A DNA stretch of 64,000 bases from Chara braunii (lineage: Eukaryota > Plantae > Charophyceae), in assembly GCA_003427395.1 (NCBI GenBank), contig BFEA01000024.1:4788502-4852501 (forward strand), in the 5' to 3' direction. Of the stretch, positions 1-13,039 are shown piece after piece. Under the pieces are notes generated by a model, which saw only the letters and a program-made list of their open reading frames with translations, did not search any database and was not told where the DNA came from. The translations under genes and the position numbers were made by a program. How positions within the stretch are numbered: the stretch's first letter is position 1; the number at the start of each line of letters is the position of its first letter.

Positions 1-110
1 CATGCAGCATGTCAGTGGTAGGAGCACAAGGGCAGGCGCTGACCTGCAACAAAAAGAAGAAGTAATTTTATCGAAATACACGAGTTTTTTCTTTTCAAAA
101 TCTGAATAGA
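1..110 (+). repeat. Dispersed repeat, second copy at 19908-20014
   Basis: 'atgcagcatg..gagcacaagggca..tgacct..agtaattttat..aatacacgagtttt..ttttcaaaat' occurs at both sites. Confidence 0.85.
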
Positions 111-384
111 AAGGTACATGTTGTATTCGAATACAACGTGTACGTTTTCTATTCGAGGAACTGTGCTATTCGAGAAAAGTGGGTCCACGCCGTTTTAATT
201 TCGAAAAAGGACTGCAGCCTCCTCGACCTCCTACGCACAGCTACCGGTCCTACTGTTTCAAATAAGATGTCACCACCCCCTAAACTGCCATGAATTGTTT
301 TTCCAGCCTTCCAACCACCTTATAAGGAAACGACGACGAAAAATGTTCTCAGGGCCATAAAAAACGCACCCCTGACGGGCTGCG

Positions 385-1400
385 AACAAAGCAAATGGAA
401 ACAACTTGATTCATAATAGTTCAGTTCAATGAAAACTTAAAACAATGATCCTGCAATCAGATAACAATTGAGACTTTCTTGAAATTGGGAATCTGGGTCA
501 TCCACCAATGCACCGAGGGCCTGGGGGGGCGGGCCGGATTTTCACGTTGTGAAACGCGAACCGGAAAATGAAAGTCTCACATTGTTTCTCCGCCGTTTGC
601 AGGTCCGAAGATCCGAGCATTCTCAACAAAGGCGCCGAAAATCCTTTGGAAGGAAAAACCCTAAGTTACCACTCCGTTCGGGAAGAAATACCCGTTTCTC
701 TTTCCTCCCGTCGGTACCATCCAGCAGCCCAGCGGCCTCAACATCGCTGGTTCCTCACAATGTACCTTGACCCCTTCATTTCTTCCGCACCTGGTTGGCT
801 CAACCGGTACCGAGGGCCCATATTTCATTGACACTGTTTATCTGGGGTCTGCTGCTATGGCTTGCTGCGAAAAACCTTTAGAAAAAATCTCCTTTTGGAC
901 TCCGCTTTCAGCTACCTATTTTATAGTCGTGGACCCCTTCTCTTCGGCCTCTCTTGCCCTTGGTGTGCCACGAAATCTCGAGGTCACAGTAAACACTGCT
1001 GAAGTAAATCCAGAGTGAGTGTCAGCATTTGTCTTATCTCCTGTCAGCCTTGCACGTCTTTGATTGCTCTTACCATTATGTCGTCGGTTTCCGCAGTTAG
1101 CGGTTCCACTGGCAGTCGCAAAAGTGGGGCCAATGGTAGAGGTCCATTCACGTCGTCTATGTGGTTTCGTGGTGCGTCTTTTCAGTCATAATGGCTTAAG
1201 GGGGTAAAAGTATCAGGGGTACCTGCCTATCAGACAATCCAAACTTATAAGGGGATAGTTGAACTTCACTAACAAAGCAAATGGAAACAACTTGATTCAT
1301 AATAATTCAGTTCAATGACAACTTAAAGCAATGATCCTGCAATCAGATAACAATTGAGACTTTCTTGAAATTGGGAATTTGGGCCATCCACCAATGTACC
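385..1400. repeat. 130-bp direct repeat pair (385-514 and 1271-1400)
   Basis: 'aacaaagcaaatggaaacaacttgattc...catccaccaatg(c/t)acc' occurs twice with few mismatches. Confidence 0.95.
535..1150 (+). repeat. About 600-bp repeat, second copy at 17007-17598
   Basis: Colinear match from 'ccggattttc' to 'caatggtagaggtccatt'. Confidence 0.95.
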
Positions 1401-2521
1401 TCCTGACAATTCCATCTTCCCCACCTTCATTAACCAAATGCAGTTCTGTCATTTGTGTAACAGGAGATGGTGGTTGGAAAGACTACTTCACCAAAACATA
1501 GATGTTGTTCAACATCAATCAAGAAGTCAAGTAGAAGGAAAGTATCAACAAGGTTTGAAGGACTCCATAGACTTGATTGCTGAATACGGACTTTTCAAGA
1601 ACAACGAGCGAGAGAGAGGGCGAATGTTGCTTTCCCTGAGCGAATGACTTACTTGCAATTGCGCTGGTCGTGGTATTGAGGATTGTAATGATTTAGACGT
1701 GCTAACTTTCTTCCAAGGACAGTGGCTTCCAGAATTGAGAATTCGTTGCCAAACCTTTGACAAATTTGACCAGCCTTTTCCTGCTTGCAGCACTGTTGAG
1801 TCTAACTTTAGTTGCCTGAGTCGTTGTTTCAAGATTCTTGGTCGAGAAGGAACACAGAATCCCTGCAGTAGTTCTAAAGTGAAGAACTATCGTCGAGCTT
1901 ATAAAAATTATGCTTTGAAAAATGGGGTAAACGAATTTCAAGCCCCTCCAATGATTGAGAAAAAGATGCAGTTGATTCACCAAGACTTAAGAGACAAGAT
2001 GAAAGAACAGAGTGGGTGTCGTTATATCGAGTCTTTTCTCGACTTGTGCATAATGAGTTACCTTTAGGAGAGTTGACAGAGGGGAGGTGAGGGATTACGG
2101 TTACGAGGGAAAGAAATTGATGAGGAAGTAAGACTGGTTTAACAAGCTCATACGAAAACTATGAGAAAGGAGCAACAGGGAGTGATAGCCTTACAGAAGC
2201 GAACTGGCGCCGGTACCTCATTCTTGGAACTCATGGAACAACTTCGTGTGGTTTACAACAGGCTTAATCCTCTTATAGATCTTCATGACGGCGTACCTCT
2301 CTTCCGAAGCACAAAGACGGAGGATATTATGTGGTTTTAATCGTCGATTAAAGGATTGCTTGATAAGACTGAAGATCTATGAGGGTGAAAGCAGTCATAA
2401 CTTCAGAGTGGGTGGAATGCGGAAGGGAACTAAGAGGGGGTGGAGTTTGAAAAAAATGTTGGGACATGGTACTTGGAGAACCTTCTCATCCTTCATACGG
2501 TATGGCTATGGCTGTCACTGA
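1280..2521 (+). pseudogene. Tyrosine recombinase of the DIRS element (frameshifted)
   Basis: ORF pieces 1438-1647, 1699-2067 and 2285-2521. N-terminal Cys motif (FCHLC), 'GREGTQNPCSSSKVKNY', catalytic-type 'SHNFRVGG' and 'GTWRT..FIRY' (HxxRxG...GxW...Y). Confidence 0.8.
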
Positions 2522-4600
2522 AAGATGAGGTAGAGATTCTGATTGCAACCAAGCCTGCTCCTCCTGGGTTAAAGGCTTCTTCCGGGACCCTGCTTGATGC
2601 AATGCAGGTTGAGTAGTGTTTTTTTAGGAAGATTTGCTTGACAGGCCTCAATCTCAGGAGGGCTGAAAACCAATTTGCTCTCTTGGAATCAAGGGTTATG
2701 AGTAGATATTCACCTCCGAATTTCGTGATTCTGGCGATAGTTTGCTGGATGAGACAAGTAGGAGGGAAAACCCATCTAAACAGAGATGCAGGTAGCTTTG
2801 ACCAATCTAAAGATAAGGCATCCACAACAAAGCACTTGGGCGAGAAAAATTCTGAGATGAAATTGTCACAGACATGCATTTCTTCAGATGTGAACAAGTC
2901 GATGACCGGTACACCAAAAATTTTGAAGAGTTTCTGCTACTCCTTTTCAATTAACCCCCAATCGGAAAAGTCAACTGCCTTGGATAACAAGTCAGCCTCA
3001 GTGTCGAATTCCCTTGGTAACCATGTTGGTTTATGCTGACAATCAGTTGTTAGCAGAATTTCCACTATTATTCTGAGTAGCTTGTTAAAAACCTCATCAC
3101 CCGATCTCAACTTCGATAGTAAGTAAAAAACCGTCTGGTTATCCCCCACACATTCGATAGAGGACGACATCAATTCCTGAGGAGCCTTCTTCTTTAAGAT
3201 GAGAAGTGACTCTGTGATTGCGATGAGTGCTTGATCTATGCAAAAAATCTAACGGTAACGCAAAACTGACTTAAACAGTTCTCCCGTACTTAGTGACAGG
3301 ATCGCCCCTACTCCTTTTGCAGAGGCATCGGTTTGAATCCTGACAGACGGAAGGCGCACTCTCCAGTGCCTTCCTGGAAGGCAGGGAAGGTGCTTCCCAA
3401 GAACAATTGGTTAAAGTTGCATACGGATTAGAGCAACACAAGGATGCTGACAAAAAAACTCTGCCAAGAGATACTAGTTTTTCTGTTAGAGAAACAATCT
3501 TCCTGGATGTGAGTTCAGATTCAGAGCAACAACTGTTTAGCAGGTGTGTTACTCTATCCACTTTGTCTTCAGGGATTTTTACTCTCTTTTCGTGAGAGTC
3601 AATAATAAGGTCCAAGACTCTATTTGTCAAGGCTGGGAAAACTTGACATTTGTTGAGGCTCAGAAAGAAACCAAGCTCATGAAAAACGAAAGTAATAAGA
3701 TAGGAGTTCCACAAACATTTAACAAAGTTGCTTTTTGTTGCCAAACTGTCATCGATGTAAGAAAAGATCATGATTCCATGACCTCTTGCATAATAGTCGT
3801 GCAAATCTAGCATGCCGACGAAATTCCAAAACACAATGTGTTAAAATGAAATTTTTTACCTCCCCATCTGAAGGCTAGGAAAGGTTTCGAGGACTCGTGC
3901 ACTAGAATGTGGTAGTAACCGTTCTTTATGTTAAAGGTGACTGTAAAATCTTCCAACGAGCCCCCATCCATAATTGTCACAACGTCATCAATAGACTCGT
4001 AGTGAAAGTCGGGAAAACTAATGAACAAGTTGACATATCTGAGATCAACAATGAAACGCAGTTTACTCGAACTTTCTATGACAAACACTGGATTGCAGAC
4101 TACTGGAGAATCAGTTTCAGAAATGACTCCTTGCCTTAACCACATTAGTGGTTACAAAATCAACAAACTGAGTTGGTAACTGATAGTTAGGGATGGTTAA
4201 CGGTGATGGTTCAATTTCCTTCAAAACTCTTATGAACTGTGTTGCCTTAAGTATCGGTTTTACCATCATGAGAACCTCATCCACCTTTGACTTATCCCGA
4301 TGTCTTGTTCCTTTGAAGTTCATCTTACCACCATCCTCTAACCAAGTGAGGACACTCCTTGAGTACTTCCTATTGGAAGATTTGAGCAGAGCTTTCTAGG
4401 CTTCTACACGAGTGGTAGTGGATACTGCCCTGAAGGATTCAGGGTCCTGAAGCCATGCTGCTTTGTCGTTTAACATCCTAAAAGGATAAGATATTTGCGT
4501 TGCGGATGGCTGAGTATTCAGGGTTTTGATTGCCTGGGAAATCTTGATCTCCTGCTCCATTCTTTGCCATGAGATGACGAATCCTATTTATTGAAGTTGT
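2493..4600 (-). pseudogene. DIRS pol: reverse transcriptase, RNase H and N6-adenine methylase-like domain (disrupted)
   Basis: 3807-4145 'NPVFVI..KLRFIVDLRYVN..KNGYYHI..FNTLCFGISSA'; 3271-3834 'FSYIDD'; 2937-3173 'DNQTV..WLPREFDTEADLLSK' (RNase H); 2493-2897 'VDALSLDW..WVFPP..W' (DIRS methylase-like). Confidence 0.9.
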
Positions 4601-5760
4601 GGCTATAGATCCTTGAAGGGTTACGTTGCCTTGAGTGTCTGGCTGAATCAGAGTTGTTGAACCTGTACAAAAAATTTAAGGACGTACCTGATAGTTACTT
4701 GCTCTGATCAGCCAGTAAGTCAATGGGGGACCACCGTGTTAAAGACGTGGGCACTTCAGTGAAGGTCCCTAAAGGTCCCTAAAGGTCCCCTTATTATAAT
4801 GGATGGTAAGATAATCCTCTCGTAGTTCTGAATTCTCTTGAGAACAGTGCTTCTTGAACATAGACTAGTTAGGAGTTTGATATCACCCCCCCCCCCTCTT
4901 TTTTTTTAAAAGATTCTGGCCGGCGTATACAACTGTCACTTACCCTTTGATTGCTGCCTTGTTTTCTTGGTCGTCCCACTCCTTGTTGATTTTTCACATT
5001 GCCAACACGAATGTTTTTAACTCCATGGCTTGTAGCGAGTTCTTCACTACCTCTGAGCATTTATCGCCGCATAAATCTTCTGTCAGATTTGCCACCGCAT
5101 TCCTGAATGCACTTTCCGATGGTCTGCCTCTCTCATAATGCTTATAGTTGAGTTCTATCTACTTTACTCTGATGTGAACCACTATGTGCCTTCGTCAGGG
5201 TGGCTGGTCAAAGTTGAGTTTGAGCGCATCCACCTCATTTTTCGCCTCTTTCGGTTTTCTGTAGAGAGACTCCTTCACCCTAGTGAAGACATCTCTTACT
5301 TTTGTCTCCTCCGTGTGATGTAGCTCAATTCTAAGCTGGAGCAGTTCCATCTCTTCTCTAGACACTATAGATGACTTGGATGTCAATGCTAGATTTGAGT
5401 GCTTTCCTATTATGCTACGTCTTTCTAAAGCTTGCAACGGCGGGCTGGTTGGCTTTGCGCTAAGAGGTGCAAGTTGCAAATATTCAATAGGCAGGGAAAC
5501 TCTAAGCAAGTGGAGGTTGACTGGATAAATAAGACCGCCATAAACGAGTATACAGTTCAGATTATGCGGATTCTGCTCTTGCGGGTTGTTACATTGTTGT
5601 ACGTAACCCTTGACTAGCCTTAATGATGAGTTGATTAGTGGCATAAACAGTTCTCTTCATACTAAAGACTTCGCTCTTCCTGGTTGGACTGCCTCCCAGA
5701 TTGCTGGGTCCATTATGATGTTCCTGCGGCACACAATACACACTTTTACTGATTGACGAA
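4600..5760 (-). pseudogene. Probable gag/ORF1 remnant of the DIRS element
   Basis: Lies upstream of pol on the same strand; ORF 5195-5644 has a coiled-coil-like stretch. No diagnostic motif. Confidence 0.4.
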
Positions 5761-6533
5761 TGATGATAATAACAAGACTAAATCAGAGAATAACACAGAG
5801 AGAGGTAGCGATCAGATCTTACCCCCAAATTCACTATTTTTTTTTTCTTTTATGGCTTCCCCCTTTCTCTTCCCCCCCCTTAAAAAAAAAAAAAAAAAAT
5901 GGCAGTTGATACTTTGTGAGTAGCAAAACCAAATCGTAGTTATCGTCCTTAGTAGATAGTTCTCATGATGACTGCCTTGTTGTTACATACTTCACATTTT
6001 TCGTTCTTCTCTCCTCCTTCACCTATCATTATGGTTGCTAACACTGCTAGCGTATCTGCCTAGTTACTTCCTACCATGGTTATACAAAAGTAATATTAAC
6101 GTTACTGGATGAAGGAATACTCCCTTTTTTTTTTTTTTTTAATGATTACCTTCCCCNNNNNNNNNNNNNNNNNNNNNNNNNNNNNNNNNNNNNNNNNNNN
6201 NNNNNNNNNNNNNNNNNNNNNNNNNNNNNNNNNNNNNNNNNNNNNNNNNNNNNNNNNNNNNNNNNNNNNNNNNNNNNNNNNNNNNNNNNNNNNNNNNNNN
6301 NNNNNNNNNNNNNNNNNNNNNNNNNNNNNNNNNNNNNNNNNNNNNNNNNNNNNNNNNNNNNNNNNNNNNNNNNNNNNNNNNNNNNNNNNNNNNNNNNNNN
6401 NNNNNNNNNNNNNNNNNNNNNNNNNNNNNNNNNNNNNNNNNNNNNNNNNNNNNNNNNNNNNNNNNNNNNNNNNNNNNNNNNNNNNNNNNNNNNNNNNNNN
6501 NNNNNNNNNNNNNNNNNNNNNNNNNNNNNNNNN

Positions 6534-6782
6534 TTTTACTCAGTCCTGCTGTGCTACTTCAACTAAGAATTATGAGTATATAAAAATCATCCGAAGTTAT
6601 AACCTACATGCCAAGTTCCTTTCAAAACTGACTACCGGAGCCTTTTGTCTTGGATAACTCCTCTATTTTACTCAGTCCTGCTGTGCTACTTCAACTAAGA
6701 ATTATGAGTATATAAAAATCATCCGAAGTTATAACCTACATGCCAAGTTCCTTCCAAAACTGACTACCTGAGCCTTTTGTCT
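6534..6782. repeat. About 133-bp tandem duplication next to a gap
   Basis: 'ttttactcagtcctgctg...gagccttttgtct' occurs twice; possibly a gap-edge artefact. Confidence 0.85.
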
Positions 6783-8170
6783 AAAGGAAAGTCTGAATAT
6801 TATCCATCGTAGATTCACTTGCTAAGAAACTTCATTTGGCTAAAGAAAACGTCAGTTTTAACTTAGTCCGGAATAAAAGTTTAGGTGCCTTAGAGCACCT
6901 GCCTCACACCTCTCCCTCTTGACTCCTTTTCTCTCTTTCAGTCAAAACACACACACCTTTTTTTTTTTTTCTTTTTTAACAGTTCTATTCATTCTCGCTG
7001 GAGTTGCCAAACTTGCTTATTGTCTTCCTTTCCTTACTAATCTTCGCTTGGATAGTATCTGGTCAAAAGTATAACTTCAAAACTCCTTGGCCCAACCCTT
7101 AGACTGATTTATGATTCTCGTTTATCCCTCCTGCATTCTACAAAGGTTAGCACAGAATTTCAATCGCCTCACTTACTATTTTCCCTGGTTTTCCTCTCCC
7201 TCATTCTTTCCCTTTCCTCTCTTAATTGTGAGTAAGTGACGCCGTTGGTTTCCTCGCCTGATCGCTTCCCTCTTTCTCTACCTCCACCCCCTTTTCCTTC
7301 CTCTTCTCTCTCCCCGCTTTGGACTAGGCTTGGTCTATTTCCTTCTCCTGCTTTCATCATCCTTTCCTTCAATGGTCGCGTTCTTTACTTGATTAACTAC
7401 TGGTTACATTGTCGAGGCAAATACTCTGACAAGGGTATTTGTCAGGGGTTTTCAACGTCGGACGCTATCTGACTCTCGCGCTGGATTGAAGGGCTTGATG
7501 AGATTCACGTTTGCCAAAAGTTATTCAGACCCGACCTATGACGTAGAGACTAAAAGTTTTCGAACTTTAGTCCGGACGCGTGTGGCATCCAAGAGTAACG
7601 AATGCGAACGGCAATGCTTCGCGTTTGTCGAAGCCGCATGAATGTGCGGACATGGGAACGGTAAAACTAGACCTATTCTACCTGAAATAAAGTCTCGCGG
7701 TTGCCGAGCCGCGCGATTCAGAGCCTAAGTAGGCTAAACGGATCCCGAATATAGGTGGTCTCTCAGGCTATCGATAAAAAGACGGCCACGGGAAAAGGGT
7801 GCCAACAGGCCGAACCCGAGGCCTATCCGTTGGACGACCCCTAAGCCATGGATGGGCAGCCATCCACGGGAAGGCCATAGGCAGGCAGGGCATGCGAGGC
7901 CACAGACACGTAGGGCCTGCAAGGCGACCAACAGGGGGGGATAACGACTGGGCAAGTTCTTCTTATAGAAGAACAGCTCCTATCACTGTCGTGAAGCAGC
8001 TAGCCCAGTAGGTTATAGTATCAAACTTTCACCTGACAGATATCCGGATCGAACTGCATGCGCCCCACTGGGGTAACTCCTTTTGGAGCAGCCCACCAAA
8101 GAAGCAGACGGATGCGGCCGATTTCGGCCGAACAATCGTCGAGATCGCACGGCGGAAATCCGCCACTTGC

Positions 8171-8193
8171 AGATTAGCATGGCCCCTGCACAA
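8171..8193 (+). pseudogene. U6 snRNA fragment (ISL region)
   Basis: agattagcatggcccctgcacaa versus U6 AGATTAGCATGGCCCCTGCGCAA. Confidence 0.7.
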
Positions 8194-8207
8194 AAATCGC
8201 ATTAACC

Positions 8208-8250
<43 letters not shown>

Positions 8251-8737
8251 CCAGCTACTNNNNNNNNNNNNNNNNNNNNNNNNNNNNNNNNNNNNNNNNN
8301 NNNNNNNNNNNNNNNNNNNNNNNNNNNNNNNNNNNNNNNNNNNNNNNNNNNNNNNNNNNNNNNNNNNNNNNNNNNNNNNNNNNNNNNNNNNNNNNNNNNN
8401 NNNNNNNNNNNNNNNNNNNNNNNNNNNNNNNNNNNNNNNNNNNNNNNNNNNNNNNNNNNNNNNNNNNNNNNNNNNNNNNNNNNNNNNNNNNNNNNNNNNN
8501 NNNNNNNNNNNNNNNNNNNNNNNNNNNNNNNNNNNNNNNNNNNNNNNNNNNNNNNNNNNNNNNNNNNNNNNNNNNNNNNNNNNNNNNNNNNNNNNNNNNN
8601 NNNNNNTATGAGATTTTGTTTTTCTTCTCGTGATTTTACCAAAGGTGCCCGTTCGTTTTCGACAGACGGGTTGGTTCCTGCAATTGCTGTAGGGGTCAAT
8701 CGAATGAATTTTCCCCTATAAAGGGAAACTATACACT

Positions 8738-8741
<4 letters not shown>

Positions 8742-8812
<71 letters not shown>
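8742..8812. repeat. (GA)n microsatellite
   Basis: Seen directly. Confidence 0.99.
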
Positions 8813-8818
<6 letters not shown>

Positions 8819-9197
8819 GGGGGGTCCTACTTGGCGATGACCCCTGCTACAGAACAGGCAGCGGACCTCAGAAGTGCTCGTACCTGGCGCTAAAGGCACC
8901 TAGGTACAGGCTCACTCATGGGAGGCATGATGAGGTGCTGATGGGGACTTGCAGTCCTCATGTGTTATGACAGGCGCCCGTGACAACGGACAACCATTTG
9001 TTTTGGATAAGTTTTAAGTTTTTTTTGCTGTTGTTTTTCCTAAATTTTATTTTCTATTTTCTTTTATTCCCCCCGTACTCGTTGGCACCAACATCAAAGG
9101 CTGCGCCCGTTCGCTTAGAAATGGGCCGCTGTCTGTTATTCAACGCCTGAATCGGGCGCGTGAAGTGTGCTAGATACAAGCGCAAATAGCATGTGGG

Positions 9198-9261
9198 AGC
9201 AGGGCGAGAAGACCCTGCTGGGCTTGACTCTAGTTCGGCCCTGTGAAATGACTGTGAGGGG
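9198..9261 (+). pseudogene. LSU (25/28S) rRNA fragment, 3' half
   Basis: agaagaccctgctgggcttgactctagttcggccctgtgaaatgact versus conserved AGAAGACCCTGTTGAGCTTGACTCTAGTCCGACTTTGTGAAATGACT. Confidence 0.8.
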
Positions 9262-9399
9262 TTGGCCGTTTGAGCTGCCCCTCACAGGGAAAAATGAGGG
9301 GGGGGAAAGCATGAGCGACGACCACGTATGTGGCCGCGGTAGGTGGTTAGGTGCAGGTGTGAATATGTGCTGCGCCTGTTTGATTTTTGAACAGGCTGC

Positions 9400-11310
9400 A
9401 TCAATTTTGGCTGGGTACAACCATTTCCTGAAGCATGGGGCTAGGGAAAATGGCCAGATGCTTCTAGAATTGGCAGACGCTGGTTCCCCTAGGGGCACAT
9501 CAATGATTCTGGCCCTTGATCGGAAATCCGGATCAAGGGCTCATGACAGTTACGTTTTTTGGTTAAGGGCAAAGTAATTGCCCGGATGCTTTCGGCTGGC
9601 TATAAAAGTCAGCACTCCACCCAGCAGCCTCACAATTGTGGCAGTGCCGCTGGGTCATTCACCTAAGTGAGTGCTGGTTGCTACTGTGGGGCGGTACTGC
9701 TGGAGTGAGGGAGTGCTGCTGGTGGAGGTGCCGATGGCTGGAGTGGAGACTGGAGGCAGACATAGCCACCACTTCACTTGGTGAAGTGTTGGGGAGATGC
9801 TGCGTAACCATCACGGCGAAGACAATCATTGTTGGAGAAGTAGGTAGAAGGATGCTTGCAAAGAAGATTGATTATGCTTATTTGAGATGAAGAAAAGTAT
9901 TGTCCTCTTTCTATCTTTCACCTGCCTGCACGACAAAAGTACTTGAATTTTGAAGTGAATAATTTCAATGGTGTCGTGAAGGACAACTTGTGAATATAAT
10001 GAAGAATAAAAATAAACGGACTTAGTCGTCTCCCAAGGGAAATACACTTTCTATCCCGAACGACCTTATCTACCTATATCTGTCCAAATGATTCTCGTTC
10101 TCTATCTCCTTCGATTCTTTTTGTCGACCTTATCTACCTATATCTGTCCAACTGAGAGCTACTTGCAGTGGATACATCTTCTATCCCTAGGAAGCATCTG
10201 GGGCGAGGGTTCGTTGCTTCAAGAGCCGACCCTGTTATCGACCCAGAGTGGACCGTTCTATGGGGGGGTTCTTGCCGATTCGTTGGAGACGGCCCGACTT
10301 ATGAGATTCGAGTCTTGTGCTCGGGCGAGGAGGAGTACTCCAGACCACTTCGTAGAGGGAGAGACATGCAACACTTCAAGCAATGCCCCTGATTAAGAAT
10401 CATTGCAAAATAGTATGTCATCCAATAAGATTGAGAAAGTATGGAGACGGGTGTGAGCGTGTTGAATCTTAGGTCGGCGTTAGGCAGAAATGAATGAATT
10501 TGACATTTTGTCTCTTCAGGCCAAAACCGAGGTTGTCCGACTACCATGTTGGCAGCATTAATGTTATTTTCGATAGCCAACTCCTTGTTGGCGGTTGTTT
10601 AATTTGATTTGTGGTGTTCGACCTGAGGCGGTCGGATTGTTTTTTTTTTATCTTGTGATATTGGATGTATTAAATGAAGATTTGGATTCTCTCTGTTATC
10701 ATTTCAGATTGGATATGTACCTATCGACAACGGTCGATTCCTTTCGATGTAACAATGTATGGTTGTTATAACTTTTTTTTTATTGTGTGTTAAAGGGACT
10801 AGGATTAATGTTGGGTTTCACGCTTGGTTGAGACCGTCCTAGTCAAACGACGTTTGCTCCATACCCAGGAGATAAGCGCCCTAGGAACGGACGGCGTTCG
10901 GGTTCGCTTGGCGTTAACCAAGCGTATGTATACTACAACGAACGAGTAAACGGCCTCGGCTGACCTACCTTTGCAATTGCATTTAAGAGCTTTCACATGT
11001 GGGTCAGTAGCTCGGTAGGGATACGCCCCTAAGGGTGGTGACAACCCCTTAGGGAAGAAAAGCTTATGCCTCGCGGGAGGCCGGGAGCCTATCCTGTCGT
11101 AGGGGACGGCGGGAGGTACAGCTGGCGCATCCGGCTAGAGCGGCGACGGAACGACGTTACCGCGATCGTCTCAGCAGCTCGAGGGATTATTTTGCGTCGT
11201 TCCCAAGTTGTAACTTGGTTTTGTTTTTGCTAAACTCCTGTATGACATGGCTGGGAGGGTTCCCGTGCTTTGCAAAAAGGTGGGAGTCGATGCGCTCAAC
11301 AACGTGATTG
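9400..11310 (+). mobile_element. Non-coding leader/LTR-like repeat (family X), homologous to 43000-43450 and 45020-46500
   Basis: Shared GCCYTTGATC..GATCAAGGGC hairpin, CTATAAAA box, and about 1.5 kb of colinear similarity (e.g. 'gaccctgttatcgacccagag', 'aagggtggtgacaaccccttagggaa'). Confidence 0.75.
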
Positions 11311-11366
11311 GTCCTCTCAGGTTGCAGTAGAATAGCTGCATCGGATTTGCTCAAGATCTTCTTGAT

Positions 11367-11897
11367 CTATTCTTCCAGTTCCTGGGATGCCCAGGTTTTC
11401 AACTCTGCAGTTGTCGACCCATCATCAGAAAGGCTCGCCAGTACCTCCAGCAGTACGTAAATAATAGCAGAGTGGAGCCCGCCAGAAAATCCAAGGTTAG
11501 AAAACAAGGTCCAGAGGGCCTTGATATCAACGATGTCCATTACCGGGTACCTCCTCATTCTCCCTGCTGCTGGCGGTGAGTCCGCCAGCGCCAATCCCAA
11601 AGCTAAGAATGCACCATTTCTGAAGTTCTTAGTTTCTTCATGGTGCTGTGCGTCCACAGTTAGAATCGTCTTTATGGAATTCTGGGGTAGTTGGTCCAGT
11701 TGAGTTGTAGATACCGTGTCATTTGAATGGCGCACAAAAGTCCGCGCCCGGTTCCTGTTGTGCAGTGTAGTTGCCCACCTTTCCACATTGACTAGCCAGA
11801 ATGCCACCTCCGACCTCCTTCCTATTGCTGGAATGTAACCAATCGCGTTCATGCGGAGGTAGGATACCAATCGTTCAATATCTAGGGGAGGTGGCAT
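11367..11897 (-). CDS. Hypothetical protein, 176 aa, probably transposon-associated
   Basis: ATG-started ORF with protein-like composition; no family recognised. Confidence 0.3.
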   Translation of the reverse strand: MPPPLDIERLVSYLRMNAIGYIPAIGRRSEVAFWLVNVERWATTLHNRNRARTFVRHSNDTVSTTQLDQLPQNSIKTILTVDAQHHEETKNFRNGAFLALGLALADSPPAAGRMRRYPVMDIVDIKALWTLFSNLGFSGGLHSAIIYVLLEVLASLSDDGSTTAELKTWASQELEE

Positions 11898-13039
11898 GAT
11901 TCGGTTACCATCGGTGACCGTAAAAACTGCTCTCTAGTTCACCCAACGCAACAAATTCGTTGATGTTGGGTCTGAGAAGGTTGCTTCTTTTTTATCCAGT
12001 ACCAATATATTCTTCAAGTTATGGTGAACCAGTATGCTTTTTCCCGACTCTTCACATTGTAACTTGAGCTGCCTGACTATTCTCACCATCTCACATCTGG
12101 CCGCCTAAAGAGTGAAAAGGGGTAGCGAAGGTGAATCCTCTCTGTCACCCGTGGTTATTGAGGAGGCGAAAAGGGGGGTCGGCTGACGCACTCGCCATCT
12201 GCATATGACATTTAGAATGGTAACTGCGCATTAGTCTTTTATCGTTTAAGGTTTAAGTTACGAAAATCAACCTAGCGTTGCGACTGAGATCGTTTAAAAG
12301 TAAGTTTAGTTTAGTTTCATTTCCTGTTCACTTCATCCTTCCCCTTCCTTCCCCCCTCCGTTTTTTTTTGGGGGGGGGGGTTCTNNNNNNNNNNNNNNNN
12401 NNNNNNNNNNNNNNNNNNNNNNNNNNNNNNNNNNNNNNNNNNNNNNNNNNNNNNNNNNNNNNNNNNNNNNNNNNNNNNNNNNNNNNNNNNNNNNNNNNNN
12501 NNNNNNNNNNNNNNNNNNNNNNNNNNNNNNNNNNNNNNNNNNNNNNNNNNNNNNNNNNNNNNNNNNNNNNNNNNNNNNNNNNNNNNNNNNNNNNNNNNNN
12601 NNNNNNNNNNNNNNNNNNNNNNNNNNNNNNNNNNNNNNNNNNNNNNNNNNNNNNNNNNNNNNNNNNNNNNNNNNNNNNNNNNNNNNNNNNNNNNNNNNNN
12701 NNNNNNNNNNNNNNNNNNNNNNNNNNNNNNNNNNNNNNNNNNNNNNNNNNNNNNNNNNNNNNNNNNNNNNNNNNNNNNNNNNNNNNNNNNNNNNNNNNNN
12801 NNNNNNNNNNNNNNNNNNNNNNNNNNNNNNNNNNNNNNNNNNNNNNNNNNNNNNNNNNNNNNNNNNNNNNNNNNNNNNNNNNNNNNNNNNNNNNNNNNNN
12901 NNNNNNNNNNNNNNNNNNNNNNNNNNNNNNNNNNNNNNNNNNNNNNNNNNNNNNNNNNNNNNNNNNNNNNNNNNNNNNNNNNNNNNNNNNNNNNNNNNNN
13001 NNNNNNNNNNNNNNNNNNNNNNNNNNNNNNNNNNNNNAA

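Larger units (their letters stand above)
385..6100 (-). mobile_element. Degenerate DIRS-superfamily (PAT/kangaroo-like) tyrosine-recombinase retrotransposon
   Basis: RT, RNase H and Dam-like methylase remnants on -, convergent tyrosine recombinase on +, and split direct repeats (385-514 = 1271-1400, enclosing 535-1150). The 5' part runs into the gap at 6157. Confidence 0.85.
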
